This document shows, piece by piece, positions 8,362 through 16,976 of a DNA stretch of 64,000 bases. The stretch covers positions 2,144,001 to 2,208,000 of the forward strand of contig OY762926.1 of NCBI GenBank assembly GCA_963666735.1. The letters are read 5' to 3'. The translations under genes were made by a program, and so were the position numbers. Source of the DNA: Gemmatimonadota bacterium. Its GTDB lineage: Bacteria; Gemmatimonadota; Gemmatimonadetes; Palauibacterales; Palauibacteraceae. The notes below the pieces were generated by a model that was given only the letters and a program-made list of their open reading frames with translations, searched no databases and was not told where the DNA came from. The first letter of the stretch is position 1; each line of letters starts with the position of its first letter.

Positions 8362-10190
8362 ATGCGGGGAACCGATCCGGTATCCGAAGCCTGTGGATTC
8401 TTGTGGCCGCGGCCGCGGGATTCGTCGCCGCCCTGGCGACGCTCCCGGTTCCGGGTGACGCGGCCGCCCCGGGACAGGAGACGCCGGAGGAGAGTTTCGC
8501 GATCGTGGACGTGACGCTGTTCGATGGCGAATCGTTCAGACCGAATCAGGATGTCCGGATCGAGGACGGTCGGGTGCGCGCGCTCGGGCCGAGACTCCGG
8601 CTGCCGGAGGACCTGCCCCGCGTGGACGGGCGCGGCCACACGCTGCTGCCCGGTCTCATCGACGGCCACGTCCACACGTTCGGCGGGACGCTGGGCGACG
8701 CGGTGCGCTTCGGCGTGACCTCCGTCCTCGACCAGTTCACCGACCCCGCCCTCCTGGCCGGATCACGGACCGCTCGGGACGAGATCGCGCGCACGACCGA
8801 AGCCGATCTCTTCTCGGCGGGGATGCTGGCGACGGCGCCTGGCGGTCACGGCACGCAGTTCGGCCTGGCGGTGGAGCCCCTGACGGACCCCGCGAACGCC
8901 GCCGCCTGGGTGCGGGCGCGGAAGGAGGAAGGCTCCGACTGGATCAAGATCGTTTCCGAAGACGGAGGCGCCTACGGCGGGGAGATCCCGTCTCTCGGCC
9001 GCGAGACGATCGGAGCGCTCATCGCCGCCGCCCATGCCGAGGGCCTGCGGGCCGTCGTGCACGTCAGCGCGCTCGAACCGGCGCTCGACGCGGTCTCTCT
9101 GGGGGCCGACGGCCTCGTCCACGTCTGGATCGACGCCGTCATCTCCGAAGAAGACGCCCGCCGGCTCGCGGAGGCGGGGGTCTTCGTCGTCCCCACGCTG
9201 TCCGTCATCGCCGGCATGTTCGGCGACTCCACCGGCCTGCGGGTCCTTGCCGAGACCGACGAGTCGCTGGTCTCGCCCATGCAAAGGCAGACGCTGAGCG
9301 ATCCTTCGCTGCTGCGCGCGGGAGGCGGCGCCGAGGTGGCCTTCGAGAACGTTCGCCGTCTGCACACGGCCGGCGTGCGGATCGTCGCCGGAACCGACAC
9401 CCCGAATCCCGGGACGGGGACCGGAATCTCGATGCACGGAGAGCTTCGCCTCCTGGCGGGCGCCGGGCTTGGAAGCGCGGAGGTGCTCGCCTCGGCGACC
9501 TCCGGGGCCGCGGACGCGTTCGGCATCCCCGAGCGCGGTCGCATCGCCGAGGGCTACGTGGCCGACCTCGTGCTCGTGCGGGGCGACATCGAGAGCGACG
9601 CCGAGGGTGACGTGTCCCGCACCACGGACATCGTCACGATCTGGAAGGACGGCTATCCCGTCGTACGCGAGGCCGTCGCGACGACGTTCTCGCCGGACAT
9701 CGCGCCGACGCCGGAGGGGGCGATCCTGGTCGATTTCGAGGACGGCATCGACTCCGGCTTCGGGTTCGGCTGGCAGGTGACGACGGACGCGATGAACGGG
9801 GGTGCTTCGACAGCCGAACTGGCCGTGGAGGATGGCGCGCTCGTCGTGAGCGGCGAGACGAAGGTCGGGTTCGCGTTCCCGTGGGGGGGCGCCATCTGGT
9901 TTCCCGGCCCGCAACCGATGCAGGCGGTCGATTTCTCCGGCCGCAGCGTCCTGCGCTTCCGCACCCGCGGGGACGGACGGAGCTACACCGTGATGCTGTT
10001 CGGCGCGCGGGCCGGGACCACCGTGCCACCCATGGTCCCCTTCGTCGCCGGGCCGGAGTGGGCCGTGGTCGAGATTCCGCTCGAGAGCTTCGCCACCGCC
10101 GACCCGTCGATCATCGCCGGCCTGGCCTTCGTGGCCCAGGCACCGCCCGGAGAGTTCACCTTCGAACTGGACGACGTGGAGATCCGCTAG
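8358..10190 (+). CDS. secreted amidohydrolase with C-terminal CIA30-like domain
   Basis: Signal peptide, PGLIDGHVH, IKI, VHV, AGTD. C-terminal WQVTTDAMNGGAS...FRTRGDGRSY resembles CIA30. ATGA overlap with the permease. Confidence 0.85.
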   Translation: MNAGNRSGIRSLWILVAAAAGFVAALATLPVPGDAAAPGQETPEESFAIVDVTLFDGESFRPNQDVRIEDGRVRALGPRLRLPEDLPRVDGRGHTLLPGLIDGHVHTFGGTLGDAVRFGVTSVLDQFTDPALLAGSRTARDEIARTTEADLFSAGMLATAPGGHGTQFGLAVEPLTDPANAAAWVRARKEEGSDWIKIVSEDGGAYGGEIPSLGRETIGALIAAAHAEGLRAVVHVSALEPALDAVSLGADGLVHVWIDAVISEEDARRLAEAGVFVVPTLSVIAGMFGDSTGLRVLAETDESLVSPMQRQTLSDPSLLRAGGGAEVAFENVRRLHTAGVRIVAGTDTPNPGTGTGISMHGELRLLAGAGLGSAEVLASATSGAADAFGIPERGRIAEGYVADLVLVRGDIESDAEGDVSRTTDIVTIWKDGYPVVREAVATTFSPDIAPTPEGAILVDFEDGIDSGFGFGWQVTTDAMNGGASTAELAVEDGALVVSGETKVGFAFPWGGAIWFPGPQPMQAVDFSGRSVLRFRTRGDGRSYTVMLFGARAGTTVPPMVPFVAGPEWAVVEIPLESFATADPSIIAGLAFVAQAPPGEFTFELDDVEIR

Positions 10191-10355
10191 CTCTGGATCT
10201 CAGGATGGTTGTTCACCCTTTTCGGTCCAATCCAGACCATCGCCCATGCGACCACCGAGACCACCGCCCGTGACCATCGCTCGCACCAGCGTCGCCGCCT
10301 CGATGAAATCGGACTGTTGCAACTGGTGCGAACAACCTCAGTCACGCCGCGCTGC

Positions 10356-10484
10356 TCAGTGCCTCTGTACCGGACGTGAACCTTGTCCCGGTGCGGGTTG
10401 TTCCCGGAGGTAGCACCATCCCCGAAAGATGGCTTCATTCCAGTCGTCAACGAACAATTCCACCGGCCGTTCTCGACCGTCCAT
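10356..10484 (-). pseudogene. short ORF resembling a broken WYL-domain fragment
   Basis: AGGGAGGAG RBS, then MDGRERPVELFVDDWNEAIFRGWCYLREQP; HRDKV continues in another frame. Confidence 0.3.
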
Positions 10485-10600
10485 GCTCCTCCCTTCTTCG
10501 CAGTGCCAACGCTTCGGCCATACTCAAAGCCCGGATCTAGCAAGGGGTTGATGGCAGGCACTAGGTGCAAGATTGGGGTCACACACCTCGTCGGAGGCTC

Positions 10601-12307
10601 CTATTCGGTTTCGACGGATCCTTGTTGCCACGGCCATACACGGACGGCCCGCTCGGCCAGTTCCTGGGACCTGCGTAGCAGCGTGGCCTCGTCCCAAACA
10701 GGCTCCGCAGCCAGTCGCTTGGTCAGGCTGACCGGGCTCCTCCGGTACCATTCCTTCTTCGCGTCGAACGACCGGTGCTCCCCGGGCGCGTCGTTGGCGC
10801 CGCCGACGAGGGCCAAGTTGGCGAGCTGGTAGCGCCACGCCAAGTGCTTTTCCTCCGCGTCGGGACCAAGCGGCTCGCGCCAAGCGTCCGTCAGCCGATA
10901 CGGCATCACGCGTTCGGTCCAGAGGGACGCGCGGCTCGGCGCGTCGTCCCCGTCCTCGTCCTCCATCAGCGCGCATAGCACTGCCAGACGAGCCTGCTTT
11001 CCGAAATACATGCGCTTGGTATGGATCCCGCGGACGAGGTCCTCGTTGCTGGGCACGCCCACATCTTGTCGACGGAGCTTGCGGATGCGTTTCATCCAGT
11101 CGTCCAGGTAGGCCTCCCGATTGACGGAACCTCGGGCGGCCAGACGGGCGAAGGCGGTGTTCAGGCCGGCCGTCCGGCCGGTGAGCCAGAGACGGGTGAT
11201 CCACGTGCCAACCGTTTCGAACATCCGCTTGGTCTGTTCCACGGTCGAGATCGCCTCGCCGTCCACGGGGCTCAGCTCATAGAGCAGGCGCAGGGTGAAG
11301 GGTCGGTGGGTGTGAAGGCCCATCGCGCGCAGGTGCCGGAGCGAGGACTCGATGGCGTCCTCAGGATGTGGTCCCGCAGTGCCGGTAAGCATGCCATAGA
11401 GGCGGGCGAGGTGCGCGAGTTCGCGGAACAGGTCCGGTCGACGCTCTTGATCGTCCCAACCCTCCTCAATCGCCCATCGGCGGAAGACCTCGTAGGTCTG
11501 GTGGATCGCGGTGATCGTGCCGGTGCGCCAGCGCATTAGGTCGCGCAGGAAGAGATCGACCGGCTTCGAAGAATGTTGGGCGTGAAGCTCCTTCTCGATC
11601 TTCAGCCAGTACTTCTCATACAGCTCCTGCTGCTTGGCGTCCGGGAAGCCCATGAGCAGCCAGTTCTTGACTTTCTCGCTCTCTTTCAGGGCCTTTCCGG
11701 TCGCGTTCAGGCTCTCGAATATCTGCTGGGGATCGTCGTTCACGCCCACCCCGAGACTGACGACCCGGAAGCGCTCCAGTCCGGCCATCAGCGTGTCGGC
11801 ACCGTGGCGACCGACCAGCTCGTGAACCACTCGCCAAGCGTTGGTGACCGCTCCCTTGCCCTTCGGCTTGCTCCCCAGAATGCCAACGTACTCCTCCTCG
11901 TCGCCGGTCTGAAGGCGGAGCTTTCGTCGCTTCCCGGGCGCCTTCTCCTTCCGGTTCTGCAGCCGGTCGCGGATTTCCTCCCGGGTCCACTCGCCGTAAT
12001 GCTCGTCATCGTCCATCCGGTCGGCGATGCAGGCGAGCAGGAGACTCACCGTCGTCAACCGTTGCTGGCCATCCACGACACGCTGGGTCGTGAGCACGCC
12101 CGGCGGCTGCCCGGGCGGACAAAAGGTGATTAGGGAGCCACCGTAGTGTGCTCTCTCCGAGTTGGCGGCGGCCGCGATCGACACCAGGTCCTTGACGAGC
12201 CGTGTTACGTCCACCTCGTCCCAGCAGTAGCGACGTTGCCACTTGGGGACGTGGTATTGGACCTTGCCGTCCAACAGCTCCAGGAATCCCACTTCATCGG
12301 CTTGCAC
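10601..12307 (-). CDS. GmrSD-like DUF262 + DUF1524 protein, copy 2 (HNH His absent)
   Basis: VPKWQRRYCW, VVDGQQRLTT, IFESLNATG; C-terminal TERVMP...LANLAL. GTG start overlaps the TAG of copy 1. Confidence 0.88.
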   Translation of the reverse strand: MQADEVGFLELLDGKVQYHVPKWQRRYCWDEVDVTRLVKDLVSIAAAANSERAHYGGSLITFCPPGQPPGVLTTQRVVDGQQRLTTVSLLLACIADRMDDDEHYGEWTREEIRDRLQNRKEKAPGKRRKLRLQTGDEEEYVGILGSKPKGKGAVTNAWRVVHELVGRHGADTLMAGLERFRVVSLGVGVNDDPQQIFESLNATGKALKESEKVKNWLLMGFPDAKQQELYEKYWLKIEKELHAQHSSKPVDLFLRDLMRWRTGTITAIHQTYEVFRRWAIEEGWDDQERRPDLFRELAHLARLYGMLTGTAGPHPEDAIESSLRHLRAMGLHTHRPFTLRLLYELSPVDGEAISTVEQTKRMFETVGTWITRLWLTGRTAGLNTAFARLAARGSVNREAYLDDWMKRIRKLRRQDVGVPSNEDLVRGIHTKRMYFGKQARLAVLCALMEDEDGDDAPSRASLWTERVMPYRLTDAWREPLGPDAEEKHLAWRYQLANLALVGGANDAPGEHRSFDAKKEWYRRSPVSLTKRLAAEPVWDEATLLRRSQELAERAVRVWPWQQGSVETE

Positions 12308-13995
12308 TACGAGTCTCCGGTCCAGGGCCACAGCGTCAGTGCCTCCTGCGCCAGCTCCTCGGCGCGCCGCCCGATGGCTTCCTCGTCCCACTTGGGGACG
12401 TTCGCGAGTCGCTGGGTCATCAATACCGAGCTCTTCTTGTACAATTGCCTCTTCTTCTCGAACGAATGGTTGCTCAGTGCGGAACCCCATTTGCCGCCAC
12501 AGAGAGTCAGATTCCCGAGGCGGTGGAGATGCCGCCCGTGAATCTCCTCCGCCCGGTCACCCAGGTCTTTGCGCCAAGCCTCGTTCAGCGTCTGCGGCAT
12601 GATGTGCTCCACGGTGAGCTTCCCGCACGGCGGTGCCTCCCCCCAGGCCTCACTGTCCATCATCGCGCATAGCACGGCCCTCGTGGCCTTGGTGTCCTTG
12701 CCCCCGTACTTGGACTGTAGCCGGATCCCGTCGCTCACTTCGGAGTTGGTTGGCACCGCGATGCGATCGCGGACTCCCGCGATCCGCCGCTTCCAGAATC
12801 GCGCCCGATCGGGCTCGTCGGCCGGGACGGTCACGTTGGCCAGTTCGACGAACGCCTTGCCAAGGCCGGTGAACGAGCGGCCGGCAAGCCAGAGGCGAGT
12901 GATCCAGCTGCTCACCGAACGGAGGGTGTGGACGAGCCGCGTCGAATCAAGACCTGAATCCCCTGCTTCCTGGGCGTCCCAGAGAAGGCGCAGGGTGAAG
13001 GGGCGGTGCGCATCGATCCCCATCGCACGCAGGTGGTTGAGCTCTCCGGAGGGCTGCTCGTCGGCGGTACCGGTGATCTGTCCGTACAGGGTGGCCAGGC
13101 TCGCGAGCCTAGCACACAGTTCGGGGCGGCGTTCCGGGTTGTCGCGCCCCTTGCGAATCGCCCACCTGCGGAATTCGTCGTAGGTACGGTTCCCCGCGAC
13201 CGACCTGCCGGTCCACCAGCGCATCACGTCGCGCAGAAACACGTCGATCCGCTCTGCATCGTGACGCGCATCCAGCACGTCCTCGATGGCCACCCAGTGC
13301 TCGTCGTGCAGCTCGTTCTGGACTTCTTCCGACAGGCCCATCAGCAGCCAGTTCTTGACCTTCTCGCCCTCCGTCAGCGGCTTGCCGGTGGCGTTCAGGC
13401 TCTCGAAAATCTGCTGCGCATCATCGCGGTCCTCCAGCACGATCGTGATCACGCGAAGACGATGTAGGCCCTCGATCAGGGACTGGACGTTCTCAGAGCT
13501 CACGCGCTTCCTTACGATCCCCCAAGCGTCGGCCACATGCCCGTCTCCGGATCCGGGGGAGTCGCCCTCGATGATCCGGCGGTACTCTTCCTCGTCGCCG
13601 TCCTGCAGCCGGAGCTTGCGCCGTCTGTCCTCCTGCTTCTTCGGATTCGTCAGCAGGTCATCCCGGATCTCTTCGGGGGTCAACTCCCCGCCCATCCCGT
13701 TGGCTCCCAGCGTTTCGGCGATGCAGGCGAGCAGGATGCTCACGGTGGTCAGGCGCTGCTGCCCGTCCACGACGCGATAGACCTTCATCACGCTGGAACT
13801 CGATTCCTGCACCGTGATCATGGTCCCGCCGTAGTGAGGTCGCGCTTGGTTCTCGGCGTCCGCGATCGCCCGCATGTCCTTGATCAGGCGATCGATCTCC
13901 GTCTCGCCCCACACATACCGACGCTGCCACCGCGGTACGAGATACTGGACCTTCTGGTTGAAGAGCTCGAAAAAGGGGAGTTCTTTTGCTTTCAT
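12307..13995 (-). CDS. GmrSD-like DUF262 + DUF1524 protein, copy 1
   Basis: VPRWQRRYVW, VVDGQQRLTT, IFESLNATGKPL; C-terminal TVEHIMPQ...LGNLTL...LSN. Confidence 0.92.
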   Translation of the reverse strand: MKAKELPFFELFNQKVQYLVPRWQRRYVWGETEIDRLIKDMRAIADAENQARPHYGGTMITVQESSSSVMKVYRVVDGQQRLTTVSILLACIAETLGANGMGGELTPEEIRDDLLTNPKKQEDRRRKLRLQDGDEEEYRRIIEGDSPGSGDGHVADAWGIVRKRVSSENVQSLIEGLHRLRVITIVLEDRDDAQQIFESLNATGKPLTEGEKVKNWLLMGLSEEVQNELHDEHWVAIEDVLDARHDAERIDVFLRDVMRWWTGRSVAGNRTYDEFRRWAIRKGRDNPERRPELCARLASLATLYGQITGTADEQPSGELNHLRAMGIDAHRPFTLRLLWDAQEAGDSGLDSTRLVHTLRSVSSWITRLWLAGRSFTGLGKAFVELANVTVPADEPDRARFWKRRIAGVRDRIAVPTNSEVSDGIRLQSKYGGKDTKATRAVLCAMMDSEAWGEAPPCGKLTVEHIMPQTLNEAWRKDLGDRAEEIHGRHLHRLGNLTLCGGKWGSALSNHSFEKKRQLYKKSSVLMTQRLANVPKWDEEAIGRRAEELAQEALTLWPWTGDS

Positions 13996-14198
13996 GCCGG
14001 ATATTGCGATGTGTTCGCGGTGGGGGGCCGGGTGGGCCGGCACCGTAGGAGCGCCGACTTCGTTTCGTTCGTGCGTGCCATCGTTCGATTCCTCTCTCGA
14101 CTAATGGACTGGAACGATCTGCGACCGAAGTATCGCGGAGCGAAGCCGACTTCGCCAGAAGAGCGACGCAGCTCTTAGGATCCTTTGATCGACGAGCG

Positions 14199-14240
14199 TG
14201 AAAATCCGTTGTTGAAATACGGATTTTCAAGTATTATTGT
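14199..14240 (+). promoter_or_regulatory. 11-bp perfect inverted repeat flanking a sigma70-like -35 box
   Basis: TGAAAATCCGT (14199-14209) N9 ACGGATTTTCA (14219-14229). TTGAAA 14212-14217, 17 bp, TATTGT 14235-14240. Confidence 0.7.
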
Positions 14241-14245
14241 TCGGA

Positions 14246-15403
14246 ATGTTCATCGAACGCCCGATACCGACACATCGCATCCGGGAAGAATTCTCGGTGC
14301 ACCCCTGCGTCGCGCTGACCGGCCCGCGCCAGTGTGGGAAATCCACCCTCGCCAGGCGGATCGCAACGGAAGCCCCGGGGAGTTCGTACTTCGACCTCGA
14401 AGCCGGGATCGACCGACGCCGTCTGGCCACTCCCGAGCAGACGCTTGGCCCCCTTGAGGGACTGGTCGTCCTCGACGAGATCCAGCGCTCGCCGTCCCTC
14501 TTCGAGACGATCCGGGTGCTCGTGGACCGGCCCGCGAACCGTGCGCGGTTCCTGCTCCTCGGCAGCGCCTCGCCCCGGCTGGTCCGAGGCGTCTCCGAAT
14601 CGCTCGCGGGTCGGGTCGGACTCGTCGACCTGGGCGGATTCCACCTGGGAGAGGTGGATGCGAAGGAGTGGCGAAGGCTCTGGGCGCGCGGCGGCTTCCC
14701 GCGCAGTTACCTGGCACGCGGTGACCGCCGGTCGATCCTGTGGCGGCGGAGCTTCATACGCACCTTCCTCGAACGGGACATCCCGCAGCTCGGCATCACG
14801 ATCCCGGCCGAACGACTCAGGCGATTCTGGACCATGATCGCCCACTACCACGGACAGACGTGGAACGGAGCGGAGTTCGCCCGCGCCCTGGGAACCAGCG
14901 AGGCCACGGCGCGCAGGTATCTCGACATCCTCACCGGGGCCTTCATGGTGCGCGCACTCCCGCCGTGGTTCGAGAACCTGAAGAAGAGACAGGTGAAGGC
15001 GCCGAAAGTGTATGTCCGCGACACGGGACTGCTGCACGAGTTGCTCGGATTATCCGCGGAGCGGGAACTCTCGGGCCATCACAAGGTCGGTGCGTCCTTC
15101 GAAGGATTCGCGTTGGAGCAACTGCTCGCCGGTCTCGCCACGCGGGACGCGTACTTCTGGGCGACGCACGGAGGAGCCGAACTGGACCTGCTCGTCTTCG
15201 GAGGGGGGGAGAGGTACGGCTTCGAGTGCAAGTTCGCCGACGCGCCCGGCACGACACGGTCCATGCGCGTCGCGCTGGAAGACCTCGACCTCTCGCACCT
15301 CTGGATTGTCTATCCGGGCGAGGAAGCCTATCCGCTCGACGACCGGATCTCGGTCCTCCCCGTCTCTCAGGCGGGCGCCCTGGCGGCCACCCTTTCGCGC
15401 TGA
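14246..15403 (+). CDS. AAA_14 ATPase + DUF4143 (ATPase-HTH-PD(D/E)XK) protein
   Basis: GPRQCGKST, LDEIQ, LLGSAS, ESLAGR, RGGFP, KAPKVYVRDTGLL, ELDLL...FECK. Confidence 0.93.
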   Translation: MFIERPIPTHRIREEFSVHPCVALTGPRQCGKSTLARRIATEAPGSSYFDLEAGIDRRRLATPEQTLGPLEGLVVLDEIQRSPSLFETIRVLVDRPANRARFLLLGSASPRLVRGVSESLAGRVGLVDLGGFHLGEVDAKEWRRLWARGGFPRSYLARGDRRSILWRRSFIRTFLERDIPQLGITIPAERLRRFWTMIAHYHGQTWNGAEFARALGTSEATARRYLDILTGAFMVRALPPWFENLKKRQVKAPKVYVRDTGLLHELLGLSAERELSGHHKVGASFEGFALEQLLAGLATRDAYFWATHGGAELDLLVFGGGERYGFECKFADAPGTTRSMRVALEDLDLSHLWIVYPGEEAYPLDDRISVLPVSQAGALAATLSR

Positions 15404-15416
15404 CTCCCCTTGGCGG

Positions 15417-16868
15417 TCAGCGGACGCCGACCTGGCCGGCGACGGCGGCGGTCAGCTTTTCGGGGTCGTAGCCGAGGCCATCCTTGAACACGAGACGGAC
15501 GTTGCGGATGTCGGAGGGCCTGAGTTCGATATCGCCCTCGATCACGACGAGGTCGGCGAGTTTGCCGGGGGCGACCGTCCCCAGTTCGTCGACGAGACCC
15601 AGGATGATGGCCCCGTTCGCGCTCATGATGCGGACGGCCGCAGCCGGTTCGAAGCCCGCCTCGACGAGAATCTCGAAGTTGCGCTGGTCGCCGTAGCCGG
15701 GCAGCGCGCCCCAGGCCGGATCCACTCCCGCCGCCAGCACGCCTCCCGCCTCCACGAACGCGAGTTCGAAGTCGAGCAGGTTCTCGAACAGGTCGATCAT
15801 CCACGGCATCTCCGCCGTCCGGAAGATCGAGCGCCGCTCCATCTCCGCCTCCACGACGTGGTCGGGGAGCGCTTCCAGGTCGCGCTCCGTGAGGTCGGGC
15901 ACGAGCGGCGTGGCCTGCTCGGCGACGGCCAGCGTGGAGGTCATGCCGACGCCCGCGGCGACCATCTCGGAGATCGTCTCCGCCACGCGGGGATCGTCCA
16001 TGTCCAGCTCGGCGATGCTTCGCTGGTAGTTGGGGCTGCACCGGTCCGGCTCGCGGGTCGTGTCGTACTCGGAGTTCGCCCACAGGCCGTGCTCGAGGTT
16101 GTCGATCCCCAGCGCCGTCGCCTCGCGGAAGCCCACCGAGCACAGGTGCGCCGTCACCTTCATGCCCTGCCGGTGCGCCTCATCGATGATCGTGCCGAGC
16201 GCCTCCCGGGTGATCTGCGTGTAGGCCTTGATCCACTCGGCCCCCTCGGCAGCCCAGTAGCGCACGTACCGGCGCGCCGCCTCCTCGTCGCGGATCGCGT
16301 ACATCCCGAGATCCCGGAGCCGCTCGTCGGGACCGGGGCTGATGACGTACGGGGCCGTGATGAGGATCCGGGGACCCGGCGTCTCTCCCCGCTCGATGGC
16401 GCCCTTCAGCGAGAGATCCTGGTACGGCGCGACGCTTCCCGTCGTCCGCACGGTGGTGACCCCGGCCCCGAGATAGAGGCGCGGACCGGAGTACTGCATC
16501 TGCGAGGCGCGCGGCGTGGACTGGTAGTAGAACATGTGGTTGTGGAGCCCGACCATCCCGGGCATGACCGAGTGGCCTTCCAGGTCCAGCCGCTCGGCGC
16601 CCGGAGGGATCTCGACCTCGCCCGCCGCGCCCACGCTCTCGATCCGCGTCCCGCGGATGACGATGGTCTGCCCCGCGCGTGCGGGTCCGCCGGCGCCGTC
16701 GAAGAGGAGGACGTTCTCGAGCGCCACCACGGGCGAGGAGACGGCGAGATAGGACCTCACCTCCTCGGACAGGGCGTCGCGGTCCTGGCCTGCCGCCGGC
16801 TTACCGCCCCAAAGGAGAATCGTCACCGCTCCGAGAATCCACGTTCCTCCGCGCGTTCCGCGCCGCAT
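15417..16868 (-). CDS. secreted amidohydrolase family protein
   Basis: Signal peptide, PGMVGLHNH, GVTTVR, IKAY, AHL, LEHG, AGVD, GKLADLV. AAGGAGG RBS. Confidence 0.9.
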   Translation of the reverse strand: MRRGTRGGTWILGAVTILLWGGKPAAGQDRDALSEEVRSYLAVSSPVVALENVLLFDGAGGPARAGQTIVIRGTRIESVGAAGEVEIPPGAERLDLEGHSVMPGMVGLHNHMFYYQSTPRASQMQYSGPRLYLGAGVTTVRTTGSVAPYQDLSLKGAIERGETPGPRILITAPYVISPGPDERLRDLGMYAIRDEEAARRYVRYWAAEGAEWIKAYTQITREALGTIIDEAHRQGMKVTAHLCSVGFREATALGIDNLEHGLWANSEYDTTREPDRCSPNYQRSIAELDMDDPRVAETISEMVAAGVGMTSTLAVAEQATPLVPDLTERDLEALPDHVVEAEMERRSIFRTAEMPWMIDLFENLLDFELAFVEAGGVLAAGVDPAWGALPGYGDQRNFEILVEAGFEPAAAVRIMSANGAIILGLVDELGTVAPGKLADLVVIEGDIELRPSDIRNVRLVFKDGLGYDPEKLTAAVAGQVGVR

Positions 16869-16976
16869 GGCGTCCTCCTTGTGTCGAACCGAGATCTTCT
16901 TCAGCGTAGATGCCGCCCTCGGGGCCGGAAAGACCCGAGTGAGCCGCAACCGACGGTAGATCAAAGGAGCTTCGCC

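Noticed and set aside
14078..14102. GTTCGATTCC as a tRNA T-loop or att remnant
   Set aside because: No flanking T-stem pairing and no match to the four tRNAs in the window.
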